Shown: positions 28,701 to 36,816, counted from the stretch's first letter. The stretch is DNA of 64,000 nt from Syntrophorhabdaceae bacterium (GCA_963665295.1 OY762209.1:2176001-2240000), one strand, 5' to 3'. The notes: a model not told the origin generated them from the sequence alone. Numbers and translations: made by a program.

Positions 28701-28954
28701 GGCATTTCCTTGTTTCTCAGGACCCATTGGCCGATAGGATCGACGCCGGTCCTGAGAGAAGCTGTTCGGCTGGAAGATGAGATCTCCCGTTGCTCTTCCC
28801 CGTGAACCTTCCCGGCGGCCGCACCCGTCTGTGCCGAGCGGGCTGGAATGGCGAGGAGGTGGAGCAAGGAGAGGGAGAAAAACACGACCACCCACAGGGA
28901 CCCAAACCTGCTCACTCTTCGTGTAGTCTTCCGTACCGGGACCGACGGTATCAT
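25763..28954 (-). CDS. Large secreted/surface protein: Asp-box-like beta-propeller repeats plus four Cys-containing InlB-B-repeat-like modules
   Basis: ATG 28954 after AGGAGGAGG; signal peptide; 13 (S/T)S(P/S)DG.TW plus YGNG.FVAVG repeats; 4 C-terminal G.G.V.S...GI.C...C...VTL.A...W.GC repeats. Confidence 0.85.
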   Translation of the reverse strand: MIPSVPVRKTTRRVSRFGSLWVVVFFSLSLLHLLAIPARSAQTGAAAGKVHGEEQREISSSSRTASLRTGVDPIGQWVLRNKEMPGEVSFNSIAHGDGVFVAVGEATVGGSCPIYTSPDGAIWTQQALPEQVGKTSPLLNDVTYGNGLFVAVGSSATNEDYISAPTILTSPDGVTWTRRVVPMAADRLSGLHGVVYGNGTFVAVGYYYTDDTFSILVPVALTSPDGVTWTRRTPPDRNQGLFGVGYGNGTFVAVGCDRTIRTWIYEEPAIITSPDGVTWTSQTVPPQTGGEQLKGISSVTYGSGLFVAAGYNYNAGNTKSVPTIFTSPNGVTWTQGTLPSQVGTLRSVTYGNGIFVTVGGDTYYGFEAVAFSSPDGVTWAQAVLPGHAGELSGVTYGNGIFVTVGHVNMGFTAPVPIFTSPDGVAWTRRTSASQNGSFSGITYGNDIFVVVGMSTFAYNPPALLTSSDGITWTEGTQPYAPQHVNQLSGIAYGNGTFVAVGYSCTNTWSDYTAIVLSSSDGITWTKGTAPVQDTVLTGVTYGNGTFVAVGYSYTNTTTTTAVVLFSSDGATWTLGALPVQTGALYGVTYGNGTFVSVGTSTFTSPDGTAWTRRTGNKLYGVTYGNGTFVATGANVFTSTDGIKWVQRTATSDYTLYGVTYGNGAFVVVGYYYKKDLPIVISSSDGITWTQWALPVKEGALKGVAFGNGAFVAVGDYGNIIQSQPCTSGCTLYVARSGTGTGAIVSSPDGIDCGSTCSASFAAGSSVTLNAAAATGSVFKSWTGCDSSSGNTCNVTMDKAKSVTATFVIANPVKLTVTRVRQNNGDGTVTSSPDGIVCGSTCSTFYATGTQVTLTASAGAGSIFASWSGCASFPGTTCTIIMDRAKVVKATFIGPQILNVKNTSVSKGSGTVTSYPGGINCSSGSCKGSFTYNTEVTLFANPGADSVFTGWSGCVSFSDTSCTVTMSATKTVKATFTGPQTLTVKNTSVSKGSGIVTSDVGDINCSSGSTGSCRTSLPYNTGVTLTAVPDDGSSVAGWSVSGCTGTACTVAMTKARSVTVKFKR

Positions 28955-29147
28955 ACGCCCTCCTCCTTTCCTTCGTATTTGGACTTCCGGACAGCGGTTA
29001 ACGGTATAGCAGGCGCGGAGGCGTGAGGTCTGCCTGCAGAAGACGGGAAGACGCACGAAGAATGCCCTGATGGATGAGCCCCATGTGCTTCCTTTTCTTC
29101 CGGCACGGTAGTCTGTAGGCTCTGCGCGAGCTTTTGATGACAGGTCA

Positions 29148-29176
29148 ATTGTAGCCGTCACGGGGATACCTGTCAA
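29148..29176 (-). promoter_or_regulatory. Sigma70-type promoter of the beta-propeller gene
   Basis: Minus strand TTGACA-17 nt-TACAAT. Confidence 0.6.
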
Positions 29177-29520
29177 CTCATTTTCATAGGGGCAGGCCGG
29201 CCTTTGTCCTCCCGCAAGGGGAGGCGTCCGAAAACCGGTCCCTCATCTCGTAAGATCCCTTACTAATTGGTCCATGGGCAGGGGATTCCAACGTTTCAGC
29301 TCAGTGCTCGCCCCTGGAAGAAACTCTCCGCAAACCGCCTGAAGAGTCCGGGCTCACATGCACGCTTTACTGTTGCAGCGCTTTTCCAGGGACCGGTGTT
29401 TCCTGCGCATCGGACCTTTCAGCGGGAGTGCTGTATTACGAAAGGTATTCGGCGGCCGAGTCAATAATCTGAAACTGAAGGCAATTTCAGCCCACTTCAA
29501 CAATTCGGTGCACGAAAGTA

Positions 29521-29547
29521 TTAAGTTTTGCCATAACCAACCGATTA
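29521..29547 (+). promoter_or_regulatory. Sigma28 (FliA) promoter of flagellin 1
   Basis: TTAAGTTT-N11-ACCGATTA vs consensus TAAAGTTT-N11-GCCGATAA; conserved upstream of copy 2. Confidence 0.75.
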
Positions 29548-29769
29548 TCAGTACATGTGCAAAGAAACGAACCAAAAAAAACCAAACGAATGCTCAAGGG
29601 TAGTTACGATGCACCATAATAAAAAGGCGCACAGAGGGACGGAAAGGACAGAAGACGCAAAGGAGCGTTTTTTTAAGATCGATAGGAACGCATTCAAATA
29701 AGCACAAACCGGTTCACGCACGCAAAAGGCAGTTCAGACCGCAACAAGGCAGTTCTCATAGCAAAATAA

Positions 29770-29805
29770 GGGCATGATGCCCGATAGAGACAAACAGGAG
29801 GTTTG
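29770..29805 (+). promoter_or_regulatory. Leader hairpins, CsrA-type site over the SD (identical copy at 32999-33034)
   Basis: GGGCA-TGA-TGCCC hairpin and CAAAC-AGGAG-GTTTG hairpin with GGA in the loop. Confidence 0.55.
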
Positions 29806-29807
29806 CC

Positions 29808-31295
29808 GTGGCTTTCAGGGTCAATACGAACATATCAGCCGTGAATACGCAACGATGGCTCGGAGTTTCAAGCGCATCCCAGTCGAAAGCCCTGGAAAGG
29901 CTCTCAAGCGGCTATAAGATAAACAAGGCCGCCGACGACGCGGCAGGTATCGCGATTACCACCAAGCTGAACGTGAAGTCCGTTTCCATGACGAAATCCA
30001 TCGACAACGGAAATCAGGCCCTTTCCATGCTCCAGACCGCTGAAGGCGGTATGGACCAGATCTCAAATATCCTGACGAGGCTCAAGGAGCTCTCCATCCA
30101 GGCGGCTTCCGACAACACCACGGACAGAACGTCCCTGGACAATGAGAGGAGCTACCTCGAAACAGAAATCAGCAACATAGCCCGGAACACTCAATACGGC
30201 ACCACATCGCTCCTTCAGGGCACGAAGACCCTCGGTTCCACCGGCTCCGCCCTTACCGCGGCAAACGGCATCGCCAATATCGATGTATCGAACGCGCTTA
30301 CCTCGGCGGGTTCCACCTTCACCCTCACCATGACCGCGGCCTCGGCGGGCGCCGCCACGGTTACCCTCACGAACGGCACCTCCACCCAGAGCATATGCCT
30401 GTCCGGCCTGACCGGGTTCAACGAGGGGACCGCGAATTTCAGCGCCTTCGGCGTCAAGGTGACCGTGAATGCCGCGGCTGCAACCATCGCTGCGAACAAT
30501 GGGTTCACCGTGGGGGGAAGCGGGGGGACAACGACGAAGGTGCTGGACGAAGCAGGGCTTCTTATAAATAGTGCACCCGCATACGGCATCGTGAGTGTCG
30601 ATGTGTCGGATGCGATAATCCCTGCCGGTTATTACGGCCTCGACATAGAGTACAATGGGGGTGCCGATACGGCCACGATACAGCTCTGGAACCTGGATGA
30701 CTTAACTCATCAGGATCTCGTTATGTCGAACGTGACCCCAGGGGGCGAACAGGAGCTCGATTTCACCGACTATGGCGTAAAGATGATCTGCAATCAAGAC
30801 ATCTTCAAGGCGAATGGATGCGAGCAGTTTAATGTGGGCGGCCAGTTTAAAGTCAAGGCCGTCACCACCGGCGGCTCCTCGGCCTCATCTTTCGAATTTC
30901 AGTTGGGGGACACCAGCAGTACGTCCAACCAGATATCGGCAGGCATCAAAAACTTCGAGTACGACAGCGGCGACGTGCTTAATCTCGCCGGAGGCAGTAT
31001 TGCCACGAAGACGGGCGCCCAGGCCTACATGACCAGGATCGATACGGCCATGAATAACCTCACCACCGAACGGGGCAACCTTGGCGCGTCCATGAACCAG
31101 ATCAGCTACCACGTGGCAAATCTCGTGACCATGGGCGAGAATATCAAATCGTCGGTGTCGACCATCAAGGACGCCGACTTTGCGGCAGAAATGGCGGACT
31201 TTACAAAAGCCCAGATACTCCAGCAGTCGGGGGTCGCCATGCTCGCTCAGGCGAACTCCATGCCGCAACAGATACTTTCACTCCTTAAGGGGTAA
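29808..31295 (+). CDS. fliC: Flagellin (copy 1)
   Basis: LERLSSGYKINKAADDAAG N-terminal and IKDADFAAEMADFTKAQILQQSGVAMLAQAN C-terminal D0/D1 motifs. Confidence 0.97.
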   Translation: MAFRVNTNISAVNTQRWLGVSSASQSKALERLSSGYKINKAADDAAGIAITTKLNVKSVSMTKSIDNGNQALSMLQTAEGGMDQISNILTRLKELSIQAASDNTTDRTSLDNERSYLETEISNIARNTQYGTTSLLQGTKTLGSTGSALTAANGIANIDVSNALTSAGSTFTLTMTAASAGAATVTLTNGTSTQSICLSGLTGFNEGTANFSAFGVKVTVNAAAATIAANNGFTVGGSGGTTTKVLDEAGLLINSAPAYGIVSVDVSDAIIPAGYYGLDIEYNGGADTATIQLWNLDDLTHQDLVMSNVTPGGEQELDFTDYGVKMICNQDIFKANGCEQFNVGGQFKVKAVTTGGSSASSFEFQLGDTSSTSNQISAGIKNFEYDSGDVLNLAGGSIATKTGAQAYMTRIDTAMNNLTTERGNLGASMNQISYHVANLVTMGENIKSSVSTIKDADFAAEMADFTKAQILQQSGVAMLAQANSMPQQILSLLKG

Positions 31296-31361
31296 CAGGT
31301 GATGCGCTTTCTTTCACCGTAAACCCACACCGCCCCAAAAAGCGCCATGCTTCTTTGCGGG

Positions 31362-31414
31362 AGGGTGCTCCTGATTTTTCCGCTATCCGGAACGATGTCA
31401 TGAGAGTCCTGGAA
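31362..31414 (+). repeat. 53-bp exact copy of an internal piece (34851-34903) of the exonuclease gene
   Basis: AGGGTGCTCCTGATTTTTCCGCTATCCGGAACGATGTCATGAGAGTCCTGGAA at both positions. Confidence 0.95.
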
Positions 31415-31516
31415 TGACGGCCGCCGATCAACGAGCAACCCTACTACAGCCTCCCCCGGGGCCTCAACACCGAGGTTCATGACGGCGACACCATAGCCCT
31501 GTCCTTCATTCTGCTA

Positions 31517-32651
31517 GTGTACTGTCTCACTAATAGCTTTACAATTACCCTTGGCTATGCTATCATAGTGCATGTGGAATCCAGCCAGTACGCTAGACAT
31601 GACGGAAGAGCAGAGAAAGACATTGGAAACATGGGTCAAAGCAAAGAAGACTCCCCAAAGGGTGGTTCTACGCTCCCGCATCTGCCTGCTCGCGGCAGAA
31701 GGGATGTCCCATAACGCCATAGCGAAGAGGCTCAATACCTCCCGCCCTACGGTGATATTGTGGGTAGGCCGCTTCAGAGAACAGGGCCCCTCCGGTTTGT
31801 CGGAGGACGCACCCCATGGGCCGAGTTCAAGGCGCCTTAACCCGGAGATAGTGCGCACCATCGTGGAAGCCACGCTCCATACAACTCCCAAAGATGCTAC
31901 TCAGTGGTCCACCCGCACCATGGCAAAGGAGAAGGGCGTGAGCCATGCCACCGTGCAGCGCATCTGGGATGCCCATGGACTACAGCCCCATCGGGTAGAA
32001 ACTTTCAAGCTGTCCAGAGACAAGAAGTTCGTGGAGAAACTGACCGATGTGGTGGGCGTCTATCTCAATCCTCCCGACAAAGCGGTGGTACTCTGTGTGG
32101 ATGAGAAAAGCCAGGTGCAGGCCCTGGACCGGACCCAGCCGGGATTACCGATGAAGAAGGGGCGCTGCGGCACGATGACCCACGACTACAAAAGGAACGG
32201 CACTACCTGTCTTTTTGCCGCCCTCAATGTTCTGGAAGGAAAAGTCATAGGCTCCTGCTATCCCCGCCACAGAAATACCGAATTTCTTAAGTTCCTGCGT
32301 ACCATAGACCGTCAGGTGCCAAAGGGCCTCGATGTCCATATGATTCTCGACAACTACGGAACTCATACCCACCCCAATGTGAAAGCATGGCTCGAAAAAC
32401 ACCCCCGTTTCGTTCCCCACTTTACACCCACAAGCTCGTCGTGGCTTAACCTGGTGGAGCGCTGGTTCGGGGAGATCACACGAAAGAGAATTCGTCGCGG
32501 CATCTTCAAAAGCGTTCAGGAACTGGTGACCGCCATCGAAGAATATATTCGCTGCAACAACGAAGACCCCAAACCCTTCGTATGGACCAGGAAGGCCGAG
32601 GAGATACTTGAAAAAGTGAATCGCTGTAAAGGCGTTACTGAGACACTACAC
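31517..32651 (+). mobile_element. IS630-family insertion sequence, apparently intact (1135 bp)
   Basis: TA duplicated at 31515-16 and 32652-53; terminal IRs GTGTACTGTCTCACTAA...CTTTACA vs reverse complement GTGTAGTGTCTCAGTAA...CTTTACA. Confidence 0.95.
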
Positions 32652-32654
32652 TAG
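31572..32654 (+). CDS. IS630-family transposase
   Basis: HTH; VDEKSQVQALDRTQP, THDYKRNGT, LDNYGTH, SWLNLVERWF (DDE); stop codon uses the duplicated TA. Confidence 0.97.
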   Translation: MWNPASTLDMTEEQRKTLETWVKAKKTPQRVVLRSRICLLAAEGMSHNAIAKRLNTSRPTVILWVGRFREQGPSGLSEDAPHGPSSRRLNPEIVRTIVEATLHTTPKDATQWSTRTMAKEKGVSHATVQRIWDAHGLQPHRVETFKLSRDKKFVEKLTDVVGVYLNPPDKAVVLCVDEKSQVQALDRTQPGLPMKKGRCGTMTHDYKRNGTTCLFAALNVLEGKVIGSCYPRHRNTEFLKFLRTIDRQVPKGLDVHMILDNYGTHTHPNVKAWLEKHPRFVPHFTPTSSSWLNLVERWFGEITRKRIRRGIFKSVQELVTAIEEYIRCNNEDPKPFVWTRKAEEILEKVNRCKGVTETLH

Positions 32655-32824
32655 GCGGAGGATAAGGTCCAACCCGAACCCGCCGGATCATCCCGGCCGG
32701 CCTTGAGAAACCGGCTGTCGGGACATGGTATGGCGGATCCGACATTAAAGGTTAATTATATCCATATCATCCTGGAAGAGACAAATTAGGCCTGTTTGTC
32801 GCAACAAATAAGTTTATAAAAGTA

Positions 32825-32851
32825 TTAAGTTTGGCCTTAATCATCCGATCA
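32825..32851 (+). promoter_or_regulatory. Sigma28 (FliA) promoter of flagellin 2
   Basis: TTAAGTTT-N11-TCCGATCA. Confidence 0.7.
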
Positions 32852-33036
32852 TCAGTATATGCGAGAGAAAGAAACCAAATAAAACCAAACGGCTGTTGGA
32901 GAGGCAGTTGCCATGTACTCTGCAACAAAGGTACAAACCGGTTCACGCACGCAAAAGGCAGTTCAGACCGCAACAAGGCAGTTCTCATAGCAAAATAAGG
33001 GCATGATGCCCGATAGAGACAAACAGGAGGTTTGCC

Positions 33037-34524
33037 GTGGCTTTCAGGGTCAATACGAACATATCAGCCGTGAATACGCAACGATGGCTCGGAGTTTCAA
33101 GCGCATCCCAGTCGAAAGCCCTGGAAAGGCTCTCAAGCGGCTATAAGATAAACAAGGCCGCCGACGACGCGGCAGGTATCGCGATTACCACCAAGCTGAA
33201 CGTGAAGTCCGTTTCCATGACGAAATCCATCGACAACGGAAATCAGGCCCTTTCCATGCTCCAGACCGCTGAAGGCGGTATGGACCAGATCTCAAATATC
33301 CTGACGAGGCTCAAGGAGCTCTCCATCCAGGCGGCTTCCGACAACACCACGGACAGAACGTCCCTGGACAATGAGAGGAGCTACCTCGAAACAGAAATCA
33401 GCAACATAGCCCGGAACACTCAATACGGCACCACATCGCTCCTTCAGGGCACGAAGACCCTCGGTTCCACCGGCTCCGCCCTTACCGCGGCAAACGGCAT
33501 CGCCAATATCGATGTATCGAACGCGCTTACCTCGGCGGGTTCCACCTTCACCCTCACCATGACCGCGGCCTCGGCGGGCGCCGCCACGGTTACCCTCACG
33601 AACGGCACCTCCACCCAGAGCATATGCCTGTCCGGCCTGACCGGGTTCAACGAGGGGACCGCGAATTTCAGCGCCTTCGGCGTCAAGGTGACCGTGAATG
33701 CCGCGGCTGCAACCATCGCTGCGAACAATGGGTTCACCGTGGGGGGAAGCGGGGGGACAACGACGAAGGTGCTGGACGAAGCAGGGCTTCTTATAAATAG
33801 TGCACCCGCATACGGCATCGTGAGTGTCGATGTGTCGGATGCGATAATCCCCGTCAATTATTACGGCCTCGACGTAGCCTGGGATTCAGGCAACGATTCG
33901 GTCGTGGTAGGCCTCTGGGACCTGAATGACATGACTCATCAGGATATCACTATTTTGAACGTGAGCGTAGTGGGCGAGAATGTGCTCGATTTCACCGACT
34001 ATGGCGTAAAGATAACCTGCAATGAAGACATCGTCGATGCGGACGCATGCACGCCGTTTAGTGTGGGCGGCCAGTTTAAAGTCAAGGCCGTCACCACCGG
34101 CGGCTCCTCGGCCTCATCTTTCGAATTTCAGTTGGGGGACACCAGCAGTACGTCCAACCAGATATCGGCAGGCATCAAAAACTTCGAGTACGACAGCGCC
34201 GACGTGCTTAACCTCGCCGGAGGCAGTATTGCCACGAAGACGGGCGCCCAGGCCTACATGACCAGGATCGATACGGCCATGAATAACCTCACCACCGAAC
34301 GGGGCAACCTTGGCGCGTCCATGAACCAGATCAGCTACCACGTGGCAAATCTCGTGACCATGGGCGAGAATATCAAATCGTCGGTGTCGACCATCAAGGA
34401 CGCCGACTTTGCGGCAGAAATGGCGGACTTTACAAAAGCCCAGATACTCCAGCAGTCGGGGGTCGCCATGCTCGCTCAGGCGAACTCCATACCGCAACAG
34501 ATACTTTCACTCCTTAAGGGGTAA
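33037..34524 (+). CDS. fliC: Flagellin (copy 2)
   Basis: Same length and termini as copy 1; differs mainly at 33852-34061. Confidence 0.97.
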   Translation: MAFRVNTNISAVNTQRWLGVSSASQSKALERLSSGYKINKAADDAAGIAITTKLNVKSVSMTKSIDNGNQALSMLQTAEGGMDQISNILTRLKELSIQAASDNTTDRTSLDNERSYLETEISNIARNTQYGTTSLLQGTKTLGSTGSALTAANGIANIDVSNALTSAGSTFTLTMTAASAGAATVTLTNGTSTQSICLSGLTGFNEGTANFSAFGVKVTVNAAAATIAANNGFTVGGSGGTTTKVLDEAGLLINSAPAYGIVSVDVSDAIIPVNYYGLDVAWDSGNDSVVVGLWDLNDMTHQDITILNVSVVGENVLDFTDYGVKITCNEDIVDADACTPFSVGGQFKVKAVTTGGSSASSFEFQLGDTSSTSNQISAGIKNFEYDSADVLNLAGGSIATKTGAQAYMTRIDTAMNNLTTERGNLGASMNQISYHVANLVTMGENIKSSVSTIKDADFAAEMADFTKAQILQQSGVAMLAQANSIPQQILSLLKG

Positions 34525-34633
34525 CAGGTGATGCGCTTTCTTTCACTGTAAACCCACACCGCCCCAAAAAGCGCCATGCTTCTTTTGTGGACGTGCCAAG
34601 ACCCTTTACTTATCGGTTCAAAACTGATTTAAT

Positions 34634-36085
34634 ATGTCCTCGGTTTTGCCTGCCATGTATGATTCGGAACTCGCCATTGTCGATGTAGAGACGACCGGTC
34701 TTTCCGCCCAGTTTAACAGGGTGATAGAGATCGCAGTCGTGAGGGTCCGGGGTAACGAAGTGGTGGAAACGTATTCCAGCCTTGTCGATCCCGGAGTGAC
34801 TATCCCGCCCTATGTCGAGGGGCTCACGGGGATCACCAACGGGGACCTCAAGGGTGCTCCTGATTTTTCCGCTATCCGGAACGATGTCATGAGAGTCCTG
34901 GAAGGCGCGGTGTTCGTTGCCCATAACGCCCGGTTCGACTATGATTTTATAAAGGAGGAGTTCCGGCGCGCCCGGATGATGTTCAGCGCGAAGTGTTTGT
35001 GCACTATGCGCCTCTCGCGCCGCCTCTTTCCGGAACAGAGAAAACACGGTCTCGACAGTATAATGGGGAGATTCGGCCTCCAGTGTTCATCCCGCCACCG
35101 GGCATTGGGCGACGCCATGCTCCTATGGGATTTCATCAAGGCCATTAAGGGACGCTTCGAGGAATCGACGTTGAAACAGGCCTTTGCAAAGGTCCTGAAG
35201 ACGCCTGTTTTCCCTCCTCTCGTGGATGAATCGGCGGTCAAGAACCTCCCGGAGTCGACGGGGGTCTACATATTCCGCAACCAGGACGGTGGGCCGCTTT
35301 ATGTGGGGAAAAGCACCAACATCAGGGGAAGGGTCCTTTCCCACTTCTCGGACGGGTCTGCATCGGCGAGGGAGGACCACTTCTCCCGACAGACGACCGA
35401 CATAAAGGCCATAGAAACAGCGGGCGAGTTTGGCGCGCTTATCCTTGAAACCCGGTTGATAAAAGAGTTGCAGCCTCTCTATAACCGCCGGTCGCGGGCC
35501 GCAAAAAGGCTCGTGGTGGCGAAAAAGGCCGGGAACGAGTCAGGGTACATCACTGTCCGCCTTGAGCAGACCGATTTTATCGATCCCGGGGACCTGGAAA
35601 ATATCGTGGGCATTTTCAAATCGACGAAACAGGCAAAGGAGTTCTTCCGGGAGGCCGCCTCACAGCAAAGGCTTTGCCCGAGGATGCTCGGATTGGAAAA
35701 GGGTGGGGAGGAATGTACCTCCCGCGAGTCAGGCAAGTGCGAGGGGGCGTGTACAGGCGCTGAGCCCCCTTCGCAATACAACCTGAGATTCGCCATGGCG
35801 ACAACAGGGCGAAGCGTCAGGGCATGGCCTTTTTCAGGACCGGTCCTGATCGAGGAAAAGGCGGGCAACGGGACCGCGGGAGACGCCTTTCTCATGGACA
35901 AGTGGTGTCTTCTCGCTTCCTTCGAATTCGATGAGCATGGCCCGAGGGAGAAGTTTTCCGGCGATTACATCTTTGACTATGAAATATACAGGATATTGCT
36001 CCACTACCTCATGAGGCCGGGAAACAAACCCCGTCTCCGGGAAATCACCCGCGAGGAGATGGAAGCCCTCCGGTCCCGCACCTGA
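34634..36085 (+). CDS. DEDDh 3'-5' exonuclease (DnaQ-like) fused to a GIY-YIG (UvrC/Cho-like) endonuclease
   Basis: VDVETTG, AHNARFD, HRALGDA; then GVYIF...LYVGKSTNIRGRV...E..LIKELQPLYN. Confidence 0.9.
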   Translation: MSSVLPAMYDSELAIVDVETTGLSAQFNRVIEIAVVRVRGNEVVETYSSLVDPGVTIPPYVEGLTGITNGDLKGAPDFSAIRNDVMRVLEGAVFVAHNARFDYDFIKEEFRRARMMFSAKCLCTMRLSRRLFPEQRKHGLDSIMGRFGLQCSSRHRALGDAMLLWDFIKAIKGRFEESTLKQAFAKVLKTPVFPPLVDESAVKNLPESTGVYIFRNQDGGPLYVGKSTNIRGRVLSHFSDGSASAREDHFSRQTTDIKAIETAGEFGALILETRLIKELQPLYNRRSRAAKRLVVAKKAGNESGYITVRLEQTDFIDPGDLENIVGIFKSTKQAKEFFREAASQQRLCPRMLGLEKGGEECTSRESGKCEGACTGAEPPSQYNLRFAMATTGRSVRAWPFSGPVLIEEKAGNGTAGDAFLMDKWCLLASFEFDEHGPREKFSGDYIFDYEIYRILLHYLMRPGNKPRLREITREEMEALRSRT

Positions 36086-36094
36086 ACACAAGCC

Positions 36095-36724
36095 TTAACG
36101 GTGCACTCTTATAACGGCTATTACTTTCCCCTGGGCCTCCACGTTTGACGCGTCGTAATAGAGGGGCATCATGTAGGGGTTGCACGGCTGGAGGCGCACT
36201 TTCTCGTTTTCATAATAGATTTTCTTGAGGGTTACCTCCTGTTCGTTCCTGAGCCAGCAGGCGACTACGTCCCCGTTTTTAATGTCCGCGGTCTGTTCCA
36301 TCACCACGATATCGGAATCCGCGATCATGGCGTCGACCATGGAATTGCCCTTTACCTCCAGGGCAAAGACGTCCCTCTTGCCCTTCGTTATCTCCGGGGA
36401 CACCTCTATGGTCCTTTCCGTGAGGCTGCTCCACCTGTCCGCGGAGGGGACCCATATGGGCCGGCCCGCCGAGATAGTCCCCAGGATGGGTATCTCCACA
36501 AGCTGCCTGATCTCCCCGGGTATGGATATGCTCCTGAATTTCTCTTTTTCCCTTGTAATGAGCCCTGCTTCTTCAAGCTTGTTGAGGTGGTACTGGACAA
36601 CGGAGGTGCTCCTTATGCCGCAGTGTCCGGCAATCTCCCTGACCGTGGGGGCATAATCCTTCCCGACCTTGAATTTCTGGATGAAGGCCAGGATACTTTC
36701 CCGCGTGGGTGAGGTCTTTGCCAT
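36095..36724 (-). CDS. lexA: LexA repressor
   Basis: wHTH PTVREIA...STSVVQYHL; Ala-Gly cleavage site (SAGRP); GNSM serine and TLKK lysine. Confidence 0.95.
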   Translation of the reverse strand: MAKTSPTRESILAFIQKFKVGKDYAPTVREIAGHCGIRSTSVVQYHLNKLEEAGLITREKEKFRSISIPGEIRQLVEIPILGTISAGRPIWVPSADRWSSLTERTIEVSPEITKGKRDVFALEVKGNSMVDAMIADSDIVVMEQTADIKNGDVVACWLRNEQEVTLKKIYYENEKVRLQPCNPYMMPLYYDASNVEAQGKVIAVIRVHR

Positions 36725-36728
36725 TATC

Positions 36729-36744
36729 TAGAATAAATGTACTA
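36729..36744. promoter_or_regulatory. Degenerate SOS box over the lexA -10 element
   Basis: TAGAAT-AAAT-GTACTA; minus-strand TTGACT-17-TACATT promoter at 36764-36736. Confidence 0.55.
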
Positions 36745-36787
36745 ATAAAATGTATAAAAGTCAAGCAGTTTTAAAAATAGCTTGATT

Positions 36788-36809
36788 ATATAGAACATAT
36801 GTTCTATAT
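36788..36809. promoter_or_regulatory. LexA (SOS) box, GAAC-N4-GTTC type
   Basis: Perfect 22-bp palindrome ATATAGAACATATGTTCTATAT lying in the TTGATT-17-TATATT promoter of imuB. Confidence 0.85.
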
Positions 36810-36816
36810 TGAGTGC

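Larger units (their letters stand above)
31427..32665 (+). pseudogene. 3' fragment of a second, diverged moaD allele interrupted by IS630
   Basis: Removing the IS gives INEQPYYSLPRGLNTEVHDGDTIALSFILLGGG*, homologous to 25541-25642; downstream non-coding similarity continues to ~32750. Confidence 0.9.

Noticed and set aside
30623..34061. Diversity-generating retroelement (TR/VR pair) explaining the flagellin variable segment
   Set aside because: Differences affect all four bases rather than only adenines, both copies are in full genes, and no reverse transcriptase is present in the window
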